Assembly (NCBI GenBank): GCA_903887235.1
Contig: CAISOX010000053.1
Coordinates: forward strand, 19,241 to 83,240
Source: an uncultured Alphaproteobacteria bacterium
Lineage (GTDB): Bacteria > Pseudomonadota > Alphaproteobacteria > Rickettsiales > Midichloriaceae
Length of the DNA: 64,000 bases
Reading direction: 5' to 3'
The position numbers were made by a program, and so were the translations under genes. Of this stretch, positions 1 through 9,891 are shown piece by piece. The stretch's first letter is position 1. Each line of letters begins with the position of its first letter. A model generated the notes under the pieces. That model saw only the letters and a program-made list of their open reading frames with translations. It made no database searches and had not been told where the DNA came from.

Positions 1-569
1 GCACCAGAAATAGTACCTTTTACTTGTTGATATGCATCATCCATTGCAAGACCAGCTTTTTGCATTCCAATTCCCAGATTCGCAACACCACACTGCATAT
101 CAGTGCATAGATTTAAAACTCCTGTTTTCAAATCAACCGCCACATTATGCGCACCAATTTTAATTTCATCCCATAATTTACCCAGGGAATCCATTGCCTT
201 GCCCCACATTTCTGCAATTTTATCTCCAAAATCACTCATGGCACCTTTAAAACTTTCCCACTTTTGCCCAACAGTGTCTTTGAAGCTTGCCCATGCCTCA
301 GACATTTTTTGCCCCATTTCACCAAACCAATTGCTTATAGCCTCCTTAGCGGCTTGAGCATGCTCTTTCGTCCAGGTACCTGCTCTATTAAACGCATCAA
401 TCGTAGCATTCTTAGCATTTTCAAGTTTTTCACTTTGCTCAGCCCACCACTTTTCACTTTCTAAACCTTTATATTGGTTAAACGCATCAATCAAACCAAC
501 AGTTCCTTCCTTAAAGCTAGTTTCTAATTCTGTTATTTTTAAATTTACTGCATCCACTTGTGCATTCAT
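1..569 (-). CDS. Hypothetical amphipathic-helix protein, partial (3' end runs off the window; not in the ORF track)
   Basis: Hand translation from ATG at 569 gives 189 codons with no stop: MNAQVDAVNLKITELETSFKEG...ISNWFGEMGQKMSEAWASFKDTVGQKWESFKGAMSDFGDKIAEMWGKAMDSLGKLWDEIK... A GGGAG Shine-Dalgarno-like motif lies just upstream. Confidence 0.85.
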   Translation of the reverse strand, partial: MNAQVDAVNLKITELETSFKEGTVGLIDAFNQYKGLESEKWWAEQSEKLENAKNATIDAFNRAGTWTKEHAQAAKEAISNWFGEMGQKMSEAWASFKDTVGQKWESFKGAMSDFGDKIAEMWGKAMDSLGKLWDEIKIGAHNVAVDLKTGVLNLCTDMQCGVANLGIGMQKAGLAMDDAYQQVKGTISG

Positions 570-807
570 GATAAACACTCCCACTTTTGTTATTGTTATA
601 CTCAAATGGTAATCAGATAATTTACTGTGTTTCAAGCAATATTTTTGAATAAGCTAAAAAATATTTTACTTTAAGGCAAATTATAAGATTTTTTTATAGC
701 ATTTGAGCCTAATGTATCTGGATACATGGCGAAGATGGTATGAGAAAATAACCAACTAAATTTAAATGTTAAGTTATTTTTGGTGATTGGTATTATTTAA
801 TTTTTGC

Positions 808-2241
808 TTAAATTTGCTGCAAATCGTTAAATATTTCTTTAGCAATATTAGAAATATTACCAGCTCCCATAAAAATAATGTAATCACCTGGACTGCACAA
901 TTCATTAATTTTATTTTTAATTTCAATTTTGTCTTTGCAATAAAATGCCGCTATATTGCTCTTTATATCTTCTGTAAATGTTTCAGAAGTAATGTTATTT
1001 ATCGGATTTTCTCCTGCAGAATAGATATCCAAGACTATTAGAGAATCAGCTTGCTTAAATGATGATAAAAATTGCTGATATAACTCATTAAACCTAGAAT
1101 ATCTATGTGGTTGAAAAACAGCTATAACTTTTCCTTTGCTTCTGCTTGAGTGCTCTCTTGCCATACTTAAAGTGGCTTTTATTTCATTTGGATGATGCGC
1201 ATAATCATCTATTAATGTGATATCGTTAACTTTACCTATGACTGAAAATCTTCTTTGAACACCTTCATTAAATTGCAATGCATTGTGTAAGGATTCTTTT
1301 TTCCCACCTTTAAATAGGTAGACTATAATGCCAGCCAAAGCATTTAAAACATTATGTTTACCGTAATTTTTAATAACTAGCTCCTTTATTACATTAATTT
1401 GTAAAGACAATGTTTTTTGGCATTTTTCTGATAGGGCAATGTCAAATTTTGTTCCTTCGCTGGTAGTTTCTAGATTTATGGCTCTTAGGTCAGAACTTGC
1501 TGAATCAATTCCATACGAAATGTATTTGCTATTGTGAATATAATTTTTATTAATGACTTTTAAATTTTCACAATCATCACAAACAATCACCAAATCTTTT
1601 AGTAAAGACTTATCGATAAAAAGTTTGTAAATGTTGATAATGTTTTGAAGGCTGCCGTAATAGTCTAAATGCTCATTATCAATATTGGTTATCACACTGA
1701 TGTTTGTGGGCAAAACCATAAACGTACCATCTGACTCATCCGCTTCAACAACATTAATGGCATCACTTCCTTTAAACACATTAGAGTTTATTGAATTGAT
1801 TATCCCTCCGCATATCACTGTTGGGTCAAAATTTGCTGCTTTCAACATCGAGTATACTAGGCAAGTGGTTGAAGTTTTACCATGTGCCCCAGTGATGCAT
1901 ATGTTGTAACCTGATGAAAGCATATTAGAAAGCAATTCTGCGCGAGATATTACAGGGATGGCTTTGTTTTTTGCTTCCTTAATTTCAACATTGTCATTTT
2001 TTATTGCTGAGGATTTTACTACTAAAGAACAGCCCCAAATATTTTCAGCACTATGGTTAGTAAAGACTTTTATTCCTAATTTTCTAAGTTCTGTTACTTG
2101 GAAGTTTTCACTTAAATCGGAGCCTTGGACTTTTATATTGTCTTGGTGAAGTAATTTTGCCAAACCACTCATGCCAATCCCACCTATACCTATAATGTGA
2201 ATGGGTTTTTGGCAATCTAACTTTAAATGACCTAGATTCAT
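808..2241 (-). CDS. murC: UDP-N-acetylmuramate--L-alanine ligase
   Basis: IHIIGIGGIGMSGLA, ITGAHGKTSTT, VEADESDGTF, DDYAHHPNEI and VFQPHRYSR motifs. Confidence 0.97.
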   Translation of the reverse strand: MNLGHLKLDCQKPIHIIGIGGIGMSGLAKLLHQDNIKVQGSDLSENFQVTELRKLGIKVFTNHSAENIWGCSLVVKSSAIKNDNVEIKEAKNKAIPVISRAELLSNMLSSGYNICITGAHGKTSTTCLVYSMLKAANFDPTVICGGIINSINSNVFKGSDAINVVEADESDGTFMVLPTNISVITNIDNEHLDYYGSLQNIINIYKLFIDKSLLKDLVIVCDDCENLKVINKNYIHNSKYISYGIDSASSDLRAINLETTSEGTKFDIALSEKCQKTLSLQINVIKELVIKNYGKHNVLNALAGIIVYLFKGGKKESLHNALQFNEGVQRRFSVIGKVNDITLIDDYAHHPNEIKATLSMAREHSSRSKGKVIAVFQPHRYSRFNELYQQFLSSFKQADSLIVLDIYSAGENPINNITSETFTEDIKSNIAAFYCKDKIEIKNKINELCSPGDYIIFMGAGNISNIAKEIFNDLQQI

Positions 2242-2244
2242 TTA

Positions 2245-3045
2245 TCACAAATGTTTAAAAAAGTTCTTAAATTTTGATGTATTTCTATCATTCGGATTTT
2301 TTAAAAGTATGTCGTATGATTTGCGATACCATATGCTACTTGGGTAATTATAACCTAATACCGACGCATATCTAGTGGCCTCATCCTTCACACCTAGTAT
2401 GTAATAGACTTCAACTAATCTGTATAATGCTTCCGGAGTGAATATGCTTGTTTGATATTTTTCTATAACATTTTTAAATCTGCTCACAGATGAAATTGGT
2501 TTGTAAACACGTAAATAAAATCTTCCAATATCCATTTCTTTACCTGCAAGTATGTTGTCAATATATTCCACCTTCCATTTTGCATCATGAGCATATTTTG
2601 TATTGGGAAATAGATTGATAAGCATCTCAAAGTCTTTTTTTGCATCAATGGCAAATTGTTGATCTCTCCCAACGTCCATCATCTGATTATAATTAGACAT
2701 TCCTTTGATATAATACATATACGATGCATTTTTATCTATTGGAAATTGGTGCAAAAAATCATCAATAGTGAGGATTGCGTCAGTATAATTGTCGTCTGAG
2801 TAATATGAATATGCTTTTAGAACCAGTGCATCAGAATAATGTTCAGATGCTGGATATTCATTTTCTAGTTTCGTTAGAGTTTTTACTGCTTTTTTATAAT
2901 TTTCAGCTTTTACTTCTTTTGTGCTTTGGTCATATAATTGCTTATCGCTTATATTTTCATCCAGAGTACTATCTTTTTTAGCACCACCGCAGTTAGTCAT
3001 TAAAAAAATAATAAGTGCTAAAGTTCCAAATTTTAAAATTTTCAT
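2245..3045 (-). CDS. bamD: Outer membrane protein assembly lipoprotein BamD
   Basis: Lipobox-like LMTNC, TPR helices, LAGKEMDIGRFY, EALYRLVEVY and LGYNYPSSIWY. Confidence 0.92.
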   Translation of the reverse strand: MKILKFGTLALIIFLMTNCGGAKKDSTLDENISDKQLYDQSTKEVKAENYKKAVKTLTKLENEYPASEHYSDALVLKAYSYYSDDNYTDAILTIDDFLHQFPIDKNASYMYYIKGMSNYNQMMDVGRDQQFAIDAKKDFEMLINLFPNTKYAHDAKWKVEYIDNILAGKEMDIGRFYLRVYKPISSVSRFKNVIEKYQTSIFTPEALYRLVEVYYILGVKDEATRYASVLGYNYPSSIWYRKSYDILLKNPNDRNTSKFKNFFKHL

Positions 3046-3051
3046 AATTAT

Positions 3052-3831
3052 TTATATTCTTGAAGTCATCATGTTCTTAATTTTGCTTATAGCCTTTGCT
3101 GGATTAAGTCCCTTAGGGCAAGTTTTTGTGCAATTCATTATAGTGTGGCATCTATATAATTTAAAATCATCCTCAAGCTCATCTAATCTTTCTTTAGTAT
3201 TTTCGTCCCTACTATCTATTATCCACCTATATGCTTGTAGTAAAACGGCAGGACCAAGATATTTATCTCCATTCCACCAATAACTTGGGCAACTTGTTGA
3301 GCAACAGGCGCACAATATGCATTCATACAGCCCGTCAAGTTTATCACGTTCTTCTGGAGACTGCAATCTTTCTTTACCATTTACATGCACGCTGTCAGTT
3401 TGTATCCAAGGTTTTATAGATTTTAGCTGAGCATAAAACAAATTTAAATCAGGAACTAAATCTTTGACCACATTCATATGTGGTAATGGATAAATTTTAA
3501 CGGCTCCTTTTATTGAATCTATTGGCTTTAAACAGGCTAGGGTGTTTGTTCCATCTATATTCATAGCACAGCTACCGCAGATTCCCTCTCTACATGATCT
3601 TCTGAATGTTAGTGTACTATCAATTTCATTTTTTATTTTTATCAATGCATCGAGGACCATTGCACCGCATTTATCCATATCTATTTCAAATTTATCAACC
3701 CTGGGATTGGAACCTAATTCTGGTTCATATCTATAAATTTCAAATGATTTTATGTTGTTATTTTTTGAACTTTGTTTATGTACCTTACCTTTTACAATCT
3801 TAGAATTTTTTGGCAATGTAAATTCAACCAT
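3052..3831 (-). CDS. sdhB: Succinate dehydrogenase iron-sulfur subunit
   Basis: [32 protein letters not shown] and [17 protein letters not shown] Fe-S motifs. Confidence 0.98.
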   Translation of the reverse strand: MVEFTLPKNSKIVKGKVHKQSSKNNNIKSFEIYRYEPELGSNPRVDKFEIDMDKCGAMVLDALIKIKNEIDSTLTFRRSCREGICGSCAMNIDGTNTLACLKPIDSIKGAVKIYPLPHMNVVKDLVPDLNLFYAQLKSIKPWIQTDSVHVNGKERLQSPEERDKLDGLYECILCACCSTSCPSYWWNGDKYLGPAVLLQAYRWIIDSRDENTKERLDELEDDFKLYRCHTIMNCTKTCPKGLNPAKAISKIKNMMTSRI

Positions 3832-3982
3832 ACTAACCTAGGCTACACTTATTTGAATTAAATTAACATTAATAAAATCTTTTGGCAATAACTGAAGGAG
3901 GATAACATAGCGCAAAATATTATTTAAATTAAAAAAATAAATGTGATTTTATCGAATATCATTTTCGTACAATAAAGTTAAA

Positions 3983-5188
3983 TTAAGAAAATAAATAACC
4001 CTGTAAATAATTCACACCTTCATCAGCAAGAAATTTAGCTGTACTCTCTTTTTCTACATGCTCTGCAATAATCTCAAGATTTAAACTTTTTGCAAATTCT
4101 ATAAGAGTTCTTAAAATCAGTATATTATCTTTTTTATCAGGTATATCTTTTATGTAATCTCCTCCTATTTTTATACTATCAACACGTATATTTTTAAGTT
4201 GAGAAAAGGAACTATAACCAGAACCAAAATCATCTATAGAAATTTTACATCCAAGTTCTCGCAATAATTTTATAAAAAAATTTGCTGCTTTAAGGTTTGT
4301 TATAACGGCTGTTTCAGTTATTTCAACAGTTAAGCGGTGATGTAAGTCTTTTTTATAAAATAATTGCTGAGCAAGCTTAATCCATTCTGGATCGGTAATA
4401 GTCATTCCAGAGATGTTAATATGTAGTTTTAATTTATCATTATTTTCAAGATTTTTTACTGCTGTTGCTAAAGTAAATTGATCGATACGTCCGATTACTC
4501 CATATTCTTCAGCAGCCTGAATATGCGAATATCCAGATAACCTATGCCCTTTCTTGTCAACCAATCTTAAAAGACATTCATAAAATACGTTTTGTCTAGT
4601 TTTACTATCAACAATTGGCTGAAAATCGAAGGTGACTTTATTTTTTTCCAAAGCCTCTAAATAATTTGCTAAAAGGTCTGAATTATTTACATGTTTTTGA
4701 ATAGTATCAAGTGATTCTTTATAGAAACTATGTATCTTTTTACCACTAGAACATTCAAATAAAGATACCTGAGCTTTATTAAAAGTTCTTTTAATATCAT
4801 CATTGTTCGTATGCCCTGCAAGTCCTACTCTTAATAGAAAATAAATATTTTGTGTTTCCGAAAAATGTTTTCTCAAATTGATATAATTGACAATATTTTC
4901 AATTAGTCCTGCTATAAATTTATGATTTTTGTTAATAAGTGTAAATACATATGAATTGTAGCTAATTTTTTCCAAAAAATACGGATCTTTATTATATATT
5001 TGAAAAGCATCACTTACTACCCTATCTAAAACATTCGACATAAGATCACCAAAGTTCTGCTCTACTATAGAAAAATTCTCAGCTAGCAAAACTCCAACGT
5101 AAAATTCCTGTGCATCATTTAAACTATAGAAGATTTTTATCTTATTTAATACTCTGTCTAAAACTTTATGCAACTCTATATTACACAA
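3983..5188 (-). CDS. EAL-domain cyclic di-GMP phosphodiesterase with a degenerate GGDEF-like N-terminal region
   Basis: FQPIV, ECLLRL (EAL variant), INISG, VEITE, DDFGSGYSS, SIKI, AEHVE and YLQGYLF. TTG start is uncertain. Confidence 0.88.
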   Translation of the reverse strand: MCNIELHKVLDRVLNKIKIFYSLNDAQEFYVGVLLAENFSIVEQNFGDLMSNVLDRVVSDAFQIYNKDPYFLEKISYNSYVFTLINKNHKFIAGLIENIVNYINLRKHFSETQNIYFLLRVGLAGHTNNDDIKRTFNKAQVSLFECSSGKKIHSFYKESLDTIQKHVNNSDLLANYLEALEKNKVTFDFQPIVDSKTRQNVFYECLLRLVDKKGHRLSGYSHIQAAEEYGVIGRIDQFTLATAVKNLENNDKLKLHINISGMTITDPEWIKLAQQLFYKKDLHHRLTVEITETAVITNLKAANFFIKLLRELGCKISIDDFGSGYSSFSQLKNIRVDSIKIGGDYIKDIPDKKDNILILRTLIEFAKSLNLEIIAEHVEKESTAKFLADEGVNYLQGYLFS

Positions 5189-5208
5189 CTTATTGATGCT
5201 AATTTATG

Positions 5209-6024
5209 TTATATTTTTTTGCTAATCTCAGCAAGTTTTAATGCGTATATAAATTCTCGTAATTCTTGTCTTGCTGCAATTACGGAAGTGTTTAATTTAA
5301 TTAAATCATTGCTTTTTCCGGCATCTAACAGGGTTAATCCTCTCAAAAATAATTCTTTAAATATTACTCTATCCCCAAAGCCTGGAGATATAAAAAATCC
5401 CAATTTTTTTCCTAAATGCTTTATAGCAGAAGCAACATTTCTTTTATTTATTACATTTGTAGAAGATAATCTGTTTCTAACAACCACCCATTGCAACTCT
5501 TTATTTTTTTTGAAAGCTCTCAATTTTTTTTGTTCCCACACCATAGAGCTGTATATTCCAGGAATTGCTTTGCTAAAATCATTTGGATCAACCTTTCCAA
5601 GCAGATCAACATCTACAAAACTATCATTAATGGGGGTTATTATAGTATCCGCAACATAATGAGCATGTCTATTCAGAAGATTGTCATTTCCAGGTGTATC
5701 AATTATTATGAAATCAAATCCCCCATCTAATTCATTTAACAAATTTTCTAATTCCCCAATATCATCGTTTGTATATTCAATTACCTGATTAATATTGTAT
5801 TTCTTATTTAATTTAAAGTGAATAGGCAGTTTAAGCTCTATTTTTTCACTATCAATTGTCTTTTTTCTATTCTCAATATATCTAGTTAAAGACTCTTGTC
5901 TATGATCGATATCAAGAGTTGCTACTTTAAAGTCCAAATATAGCAAAGAAGTAATAAGGTGCATTGCCGTTGTTGTTTTGCCAGAACCACCTTTTTCATT
6001 ACCAAAAACAATTATATGAGCCAT
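5209..6024 (-). CDS. mipZ: Division-plane positioning ATPase MipZ (ParA family)
   Basis: HIIVFGNEKGGSGKTT, LDIDHRQESLTRYIENR, ADTIITPINDSFVDVDLLG and GFGDRVIFKELFLRGLTLLD match the MipZ subfamily pattern. Confidence 0.85.
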   Translation of the reverse strand: MAHIIVFGNEKGGSGKTTTAMHLITSLLYLDFKVATLDIDHRQESLTRYIENRKKTIDSEKIELKLPIHFKLNKKYNINQVIEYTNDDIGELENLLNELDGGFDFIIIDTPGNDNLLNRHAHYVADTIITPINDSFVDVDLLGKVDPNDFSKAIPGIYSSMVWEQKKLRAFKKNKELQWVVVRNRLSSTNVINKRNVASAIKHLGKKLGFFISPGFGDRVIFKELFLRGLTLLDAGKSNDLIKLNTSVIAARQELREFIYALKLAEISKKI

Positions 6025-6029
6025 TTCTA

Positions 6030-7280
6030 TTAAGTTATTTCTTTTAAAAAATTAATTAATTCTTCTATTTTAAGCTTTTTTTCATCACCAGTAAGCATGT
6101 TTTTCAGAATGTATGCATTGTCATTCAGCTCTTCATCACCAAATAAAACTGAATATTTAACTCCTAATTTATTTGCCTTTTGCATTTTCTTTTTAAGTGG
6201 TATGCCATAGTCAATTAACGTGTTAATTTGAGCTCTCCTAAATTCTTGCGCTATTTTAATTCCATGATTTTCTGCTGATTCACCAATAGGAATTAAATAT
6301 ATTTGTGCCTCTTTTTCTATTGATTTTTGTTTGATTTGTAACAACTCTAGCATTCTTTCAATCCCTCCAGCAAAACCTGCTGCTGGAGTTAAATTACCAC
6401 CCATTTGCGATATTAATGCGTTGTATCTTCCGCCAGCTAAAATTGTTCCTTGGCTACCTAAATCACATGTAACAAACTCAAAAACAAAATCAGAATAATA
6501 ATCAATCCCTCTGACTAACTTATTGGAGTGTTCAAAATTTATATCGAAATCTTTAAGGCGTGATAAAATTGCTTCAAATCTAATTTTTGAGTCTTTGTCA
6601 ATAAAATTATACAAGATTGGGGCGTCATTTAATATCTCTTGCTCTTTGTTATTTTTTGTATCCAAAATTCGTAGAGGGTTTTTTTCCAATCTTTGCTGAC
6701 TAATTTCTGATAACTCGTCTTTATATTTTAATAGGTATTCTATCAATGCAGTTTTATATTTATTTCTACACTCATCGTTCCCTAAGGTATTAACAACAAG
6801 TTTAACATTGTTATTGATTTCAAGTTCTTTCAGAATGTCGTTAGCAAGTATTATTAGCTCAACATCAACGTTTAGATTATTAGATCCAATATATTCGTAA
6901 TTTATTTGATGAAACTGCCTTAATCTGCATTTTTGAGGGCGTTCATGTCTAAATAATGGGCCATAACTAAATAGGCGTAATGGAATTGACTGTAACATAC
7001 CATTTGAAATTACTGCACGAACAATAGCTGCTGTGAATTCTGGTCTTAAAGTTATGTGAGTTTTATCGCGATCTAAAAAGCTATATGTTTCCTTATTAAC
7101 AATATCTGATGTTTCTCCTAAAGTCCTATGAAACACTTCGCTATTTTCCATAATAGGAGTAGATATCTCCTGAAAGCAATATAGCTTGGCTAATTTTTGT
7201 GCGATACCTATAATGTAATTAAACAGATCTATTTCCTTATCATACAAGTCAGCAACTCCTCTTATTTTTTGTAATTTCAT
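6030..7280 (-). CDS. hisS: Histidine--tRNA ligase
   Basis: LRPEFTA, FRHERPQKCRLRQFHQ, LVRGIDYY and AGGRY. Confidence 0.97.
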   Translation of the reverse strand: MKLQKIRGVADLYDKEIDLFNYIIGIAQKLAKLYCFQEISTPIMENSEVFHRTLGETSDIVNKETYSFLDRDKTHITLRPEFTAAIVRAVISNGMLQSIPLRLFSYGPLFRHERPQKCRLRQFHQINYEYIGSNNLNVDVELIILANDILKELEINNNVKLVVNTLGNDECRNKYKTALIEYLLKYKDELSEISQQRLEKNPLRILDTKNNKEQEILNDAPILYNFIDKDSKIRFEAILSRLKDFDINFEHSNKLVRGIDYYSDFVFEFVTCDLGSQGTILAGGRYNALISQMGGNLTPAAGFAGGIERMLELLQIKQKSIEKEAQIYLIPIGESAENHGIKIAQEFRRAQINTLIDYGIPLKKKMQKANKLGVKYSVLFGDEELNDNAYILKNMLTGDEKKLKIEELINFLKEIT

Positions 7281-7454
7281 TTTTTTATATTAATACAATG
7301 TGCTATTACCAACTTTGAATATTATTTATATATCCCAAAAATACTAAAAAGTCATTTTTTCAAGTAATACAATTTTTTAAAATAAATATTTTACTTATTA
7401 ACTCAACACCTTTGGAGGTATATATTTAAAAATATAGAAAAATGTAAAATTTTA

Positions 7455-7739
7455 TCATTCTAAATAGTTATTGACGTAAGATTTTATAGTTTTTTCTCCC
7501 TCAGCATATTCTTGAATGAAAAATTCTAATTTATTTTTTTTCGCAAATTTTACTGCTTGATTTTTATCTTCAAAACGTAATTTAACTTCACTTGGATACA
7601 TATTGCTACTTCCAGTCCACCCCATAATTTGTTCCTGAAATCTATCATCTGTTGATATAAATTCCAAAATCCACTGGCTTATATTGGCAGTTCCAGATTG
7701 AGTTGGTGTTTGATAGTCTTTGTATATCTTAACAATCAT
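7455..7739 (-). CDS. ETC complex I accessory subunit (NDUFS4-like)
   Basis: KIY...TQSG...W.LEF...MGWTGS...V.L.F...AV.FA.K pattern of the family. Confidence 0.8.
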   Translation of the reverse strand: MIVKIYKDYQTPTQSGTANISQWILEFISTDDRFQEQIMGWTGSSNMYPSEVKLRFEDKNQAVKFAKKNKLEFFIQEYAEGEKTIKSYVNNYLE

Positions 7740-7813
7740 TTTATTATAAATTTGAAAATGAGCTTAACTTACGTTATATAAGTTATATATAGTTATATTA
7801 GAATATTCAAGTA

Positions 7814-8059
7814 ATGAGTGTAAGTAGTGTATCTAAGTTAACTTTTGAGCAATCAATGAAACGATTGGAAGAGATAATTGATAGTTTAGAAAGTGGCAAT
7901 GTTGAATTAGAAAATGCCATCAATTTATATTCAGAAGGGATTAAGCTACAAGAACATTGTAAAAATAAATTGGAAAATGCTAAGCTGAAGATAGAGAAGA
8001 TTGTTAAAGATAAGGATAAAATTGGTACTGAAACTGTGAGCGTCAATGGTAAAAATTAA
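7814..8059 (+). CDS. xseB: Exodeoxyribonuclease VII small subunit
   Basis: LTFEQSMKRLEEIIDSLESGNVELENAINLYSEGIKL...C...LENAKLKIE. Confidence 0.93.
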   Translation: MSVSSVSKLTFEQSMKRLEEIIDSLESGNVELENAINLYSEGIKLQEHCKNKLENAKLKIEKIVKDKDKIGTETVSVNGKN

Positions 8060-8066
8060 ATATTAC

Positions 8067-8094
8067 AATATAGACTCTTGTCTATATTTTTTTT
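8067..8094 (+). terminator. Rho-independent terminator after xseB
   Basis: AATATAGAC-tctt-GTCTATATT stem followed by a T run. Confidence 0.7.
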
Positions 8095-8153
8095 GTTACT
8101 ATATGTTGTATGTATTTAACTTAAGTATAAAAACTAGGGAGCAGTAAAATTAA

Positions 8154-9872
8154 ATGAAAAATAGCAATGAAATTTCTAATAACCCATTAAGAGATGCTTT
8201 GCTCTCGTGCAAGGTAATGGTAAAATTTGTGCTGTTATTTGGGTGCTTAATCAACCTACTTATGCTTTCAACACCACTTTTTTCAATGCAGGTGTTAGAT
8301 AGAGTATTGGGTAGTCAAAATACTGATACACTTTTAATGTTGACGCTAGTAATCATTTTAGCTTTAGCGCTACTTGGATTAATTCAAGCAGCAAGGGCTT
8401 TTGCAATGAATAAAATGGGGAGCTGGTTAGAAGATAAGCTATCTGAAGTAGTATTTTCAAATTCAATTAAGCTTGCATTAGAATCTAAGGCGATGGCAAA
8501 TAGTCAGCAACTAAGAGATTTACAAACAGTAAAGACATTTTTAACTAGCCCTGGATTGATTTCTATCATGGATATGCCATGGGCAATAATATTTATTATA
8601 GTTTTATTTATTTTGCATACGTCAATAGGCTTTTTAGCGCTGATCTCAGGAGTAGTGTTGATAGTATTTGGTATTATTGCAGATAGATCTACTAAACCAC
8701 TTATTGAAATGAATAACGGCAATTTCATTAAAAGTATGAGGCAAGTGGATCAATCCACAAGAAATGCTGAAGTTATCGAAGTTATGGGTATGAAAAATAA
8801 TATTATATCGTCTTGGCAAAAAATGAACCAAGAGGTTCAGCAAACCCAAAATCTTGTTACAAAAAGGCAAGCTATATTTATGGAAATTACCAAGTTTTTT
8901 AGATTAGTTATTCAAATTTCAGTAACTGCACTTGGTGCATACTTAGTGATTCAAGGGCAAATTACTTCTGGGACAATTATTGCTAGTTCATCTCTTGTTG
9001 GTAGAGCATTGGCTCCATTTGAAGCTGCCATAACTTCATGGAAGGGCTTTATTACATGTCGTCAATCATACGAAAGACTTGAAAAATCATTTAACAGATA
9101 CAGTAGTGATAGTGATAGAATGTCTTTACCGGAACCTGAGGGAGAAATTGAAGTTGAAAATGTTTATCACGCACCACAAGGAGTAGCAAAGCATATTTTG
9201 AAAGGCATAAATTTCTCATTAAATAAAGGAGAAGTCTTGGCTATAATTGGTCCTAGTGCTTCAGGCAAAACAACTCTTGCAAAATTGTTAGTAGGAATTG
9301 CTAACCCAAGTATTGGTACAATAAGAATAGATAAAGCAAGCTTAAAAGATTGGAAAAAAGAAGAATTGGGGCCACATATAGGTTATCTACCGCAAGATGT
9401 TGAATTATTTTCTGGAACAGTTAAAGAAAACATCGCTAGAATGCATTCTGATCCGCATTACGAAGATGTAGTCATTGCAGCGCAACTTGCAGGAGTTCAT
9501 GATATGATTCTGCAATTACCTCAAGGGTATGATACTAATGTGGGTTTAGATGGTTCAATGCTTTCGGGTGGACAAAAACAAAGGATAGGATTGGCTAGAA
9601 CTTTTTATGGCACCCCAAAATTCATTGTATTAGATGAGCCAAATGCCAGTTTGGATACGCAAGGCGAGGAAGCATTGATGACTGCCATTTCAGTTGCAAA
9701 GGAAAAAGAAATTACGACCATCATAATATCACATAAAACATCAATACTTAGCATTGTGGATAAAATATTGGTTATGAAAGATGGAATGGTTGCGTCTTTT
9801 GGGCCCAAAAAAGATGTGATGGCAAAATTAAAAGAAGCTCAATCAATCGGCAAATCAAGCATAGGGGCATAA
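8154..9872 (+). CDS. Type I secretion system ABC permease/ATPase (PrtD/AprD family)
   Basis: LFSMQVLDRVL, DMPW, GRALAPFE, GPSASGKTT, IGYLPQDVELFSGTVKENIAR, LSGGQKQRIGLAR and LDEPNASLD. Confidence 0.93.
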   Translation: MKNSNEISNNPLRDALLSCKVMVKFVLLFGCLINLLMLSTPLFSMQVLDRVLGSQNTDTLLMLTLVIILALALLGLIQAARAFAMNKMGSWLEDKLSEVVFSNSIKLALESKAMANSQQLRDLQTVKTFLTSPGLISIMDMPWAIIFIIVLFILHTSIGFLALISGVVLIVFGIIADRSTKPLIEMNNGNFIKSMRQVDQSTRNAEVIEVMGMKNNIISSWQKMNQEVQQTQNLVTKRQAIFMEITKFFRLVIQISVTALGAYLVIQGQITSGTIIASSSLVGRALAPFEAAITSWKGFITCRQSYERLEKSFNRYSSDSDRMSLPEPEGEIEVENVYHAPQGVAKHILKGINFSLNKGEVLAIIGPSASGKTTLAKLLVGIANPSIGTIRIDKASLKDWKKEELGPHIGYLPQDVELFSGTVKENIARMHSDPHYEDVVIAAQLAGVHDMILQLPQGYDTNVGLDGSMLSGGQKQRIGLARTFYGTPKFIVLDEPNASLDTQGEEALMTAISVAKEKEITTIIISHKTSILSIVDKILVMKDGMVASFGPKKDVMAKLKEAQSIGKSSIGA

Positions 9873-9891
9873 ATTTAAGGAGAATAATACC

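Noticed and set aside
103-464. Plus-strand ORFs 103-357 and 264-464
   Set aside because: Shadows of the real minus-strand gene 569 to <1, which has an RBS and coherent helical periodicity.
3858-3872. Single TTAA-N7-TTAA upstream of sdhB-bamD-murC
   Set aside because: At about 70% AT roughly a dozen such matches are expected per 64 kb by chance, so it is not significant alone.
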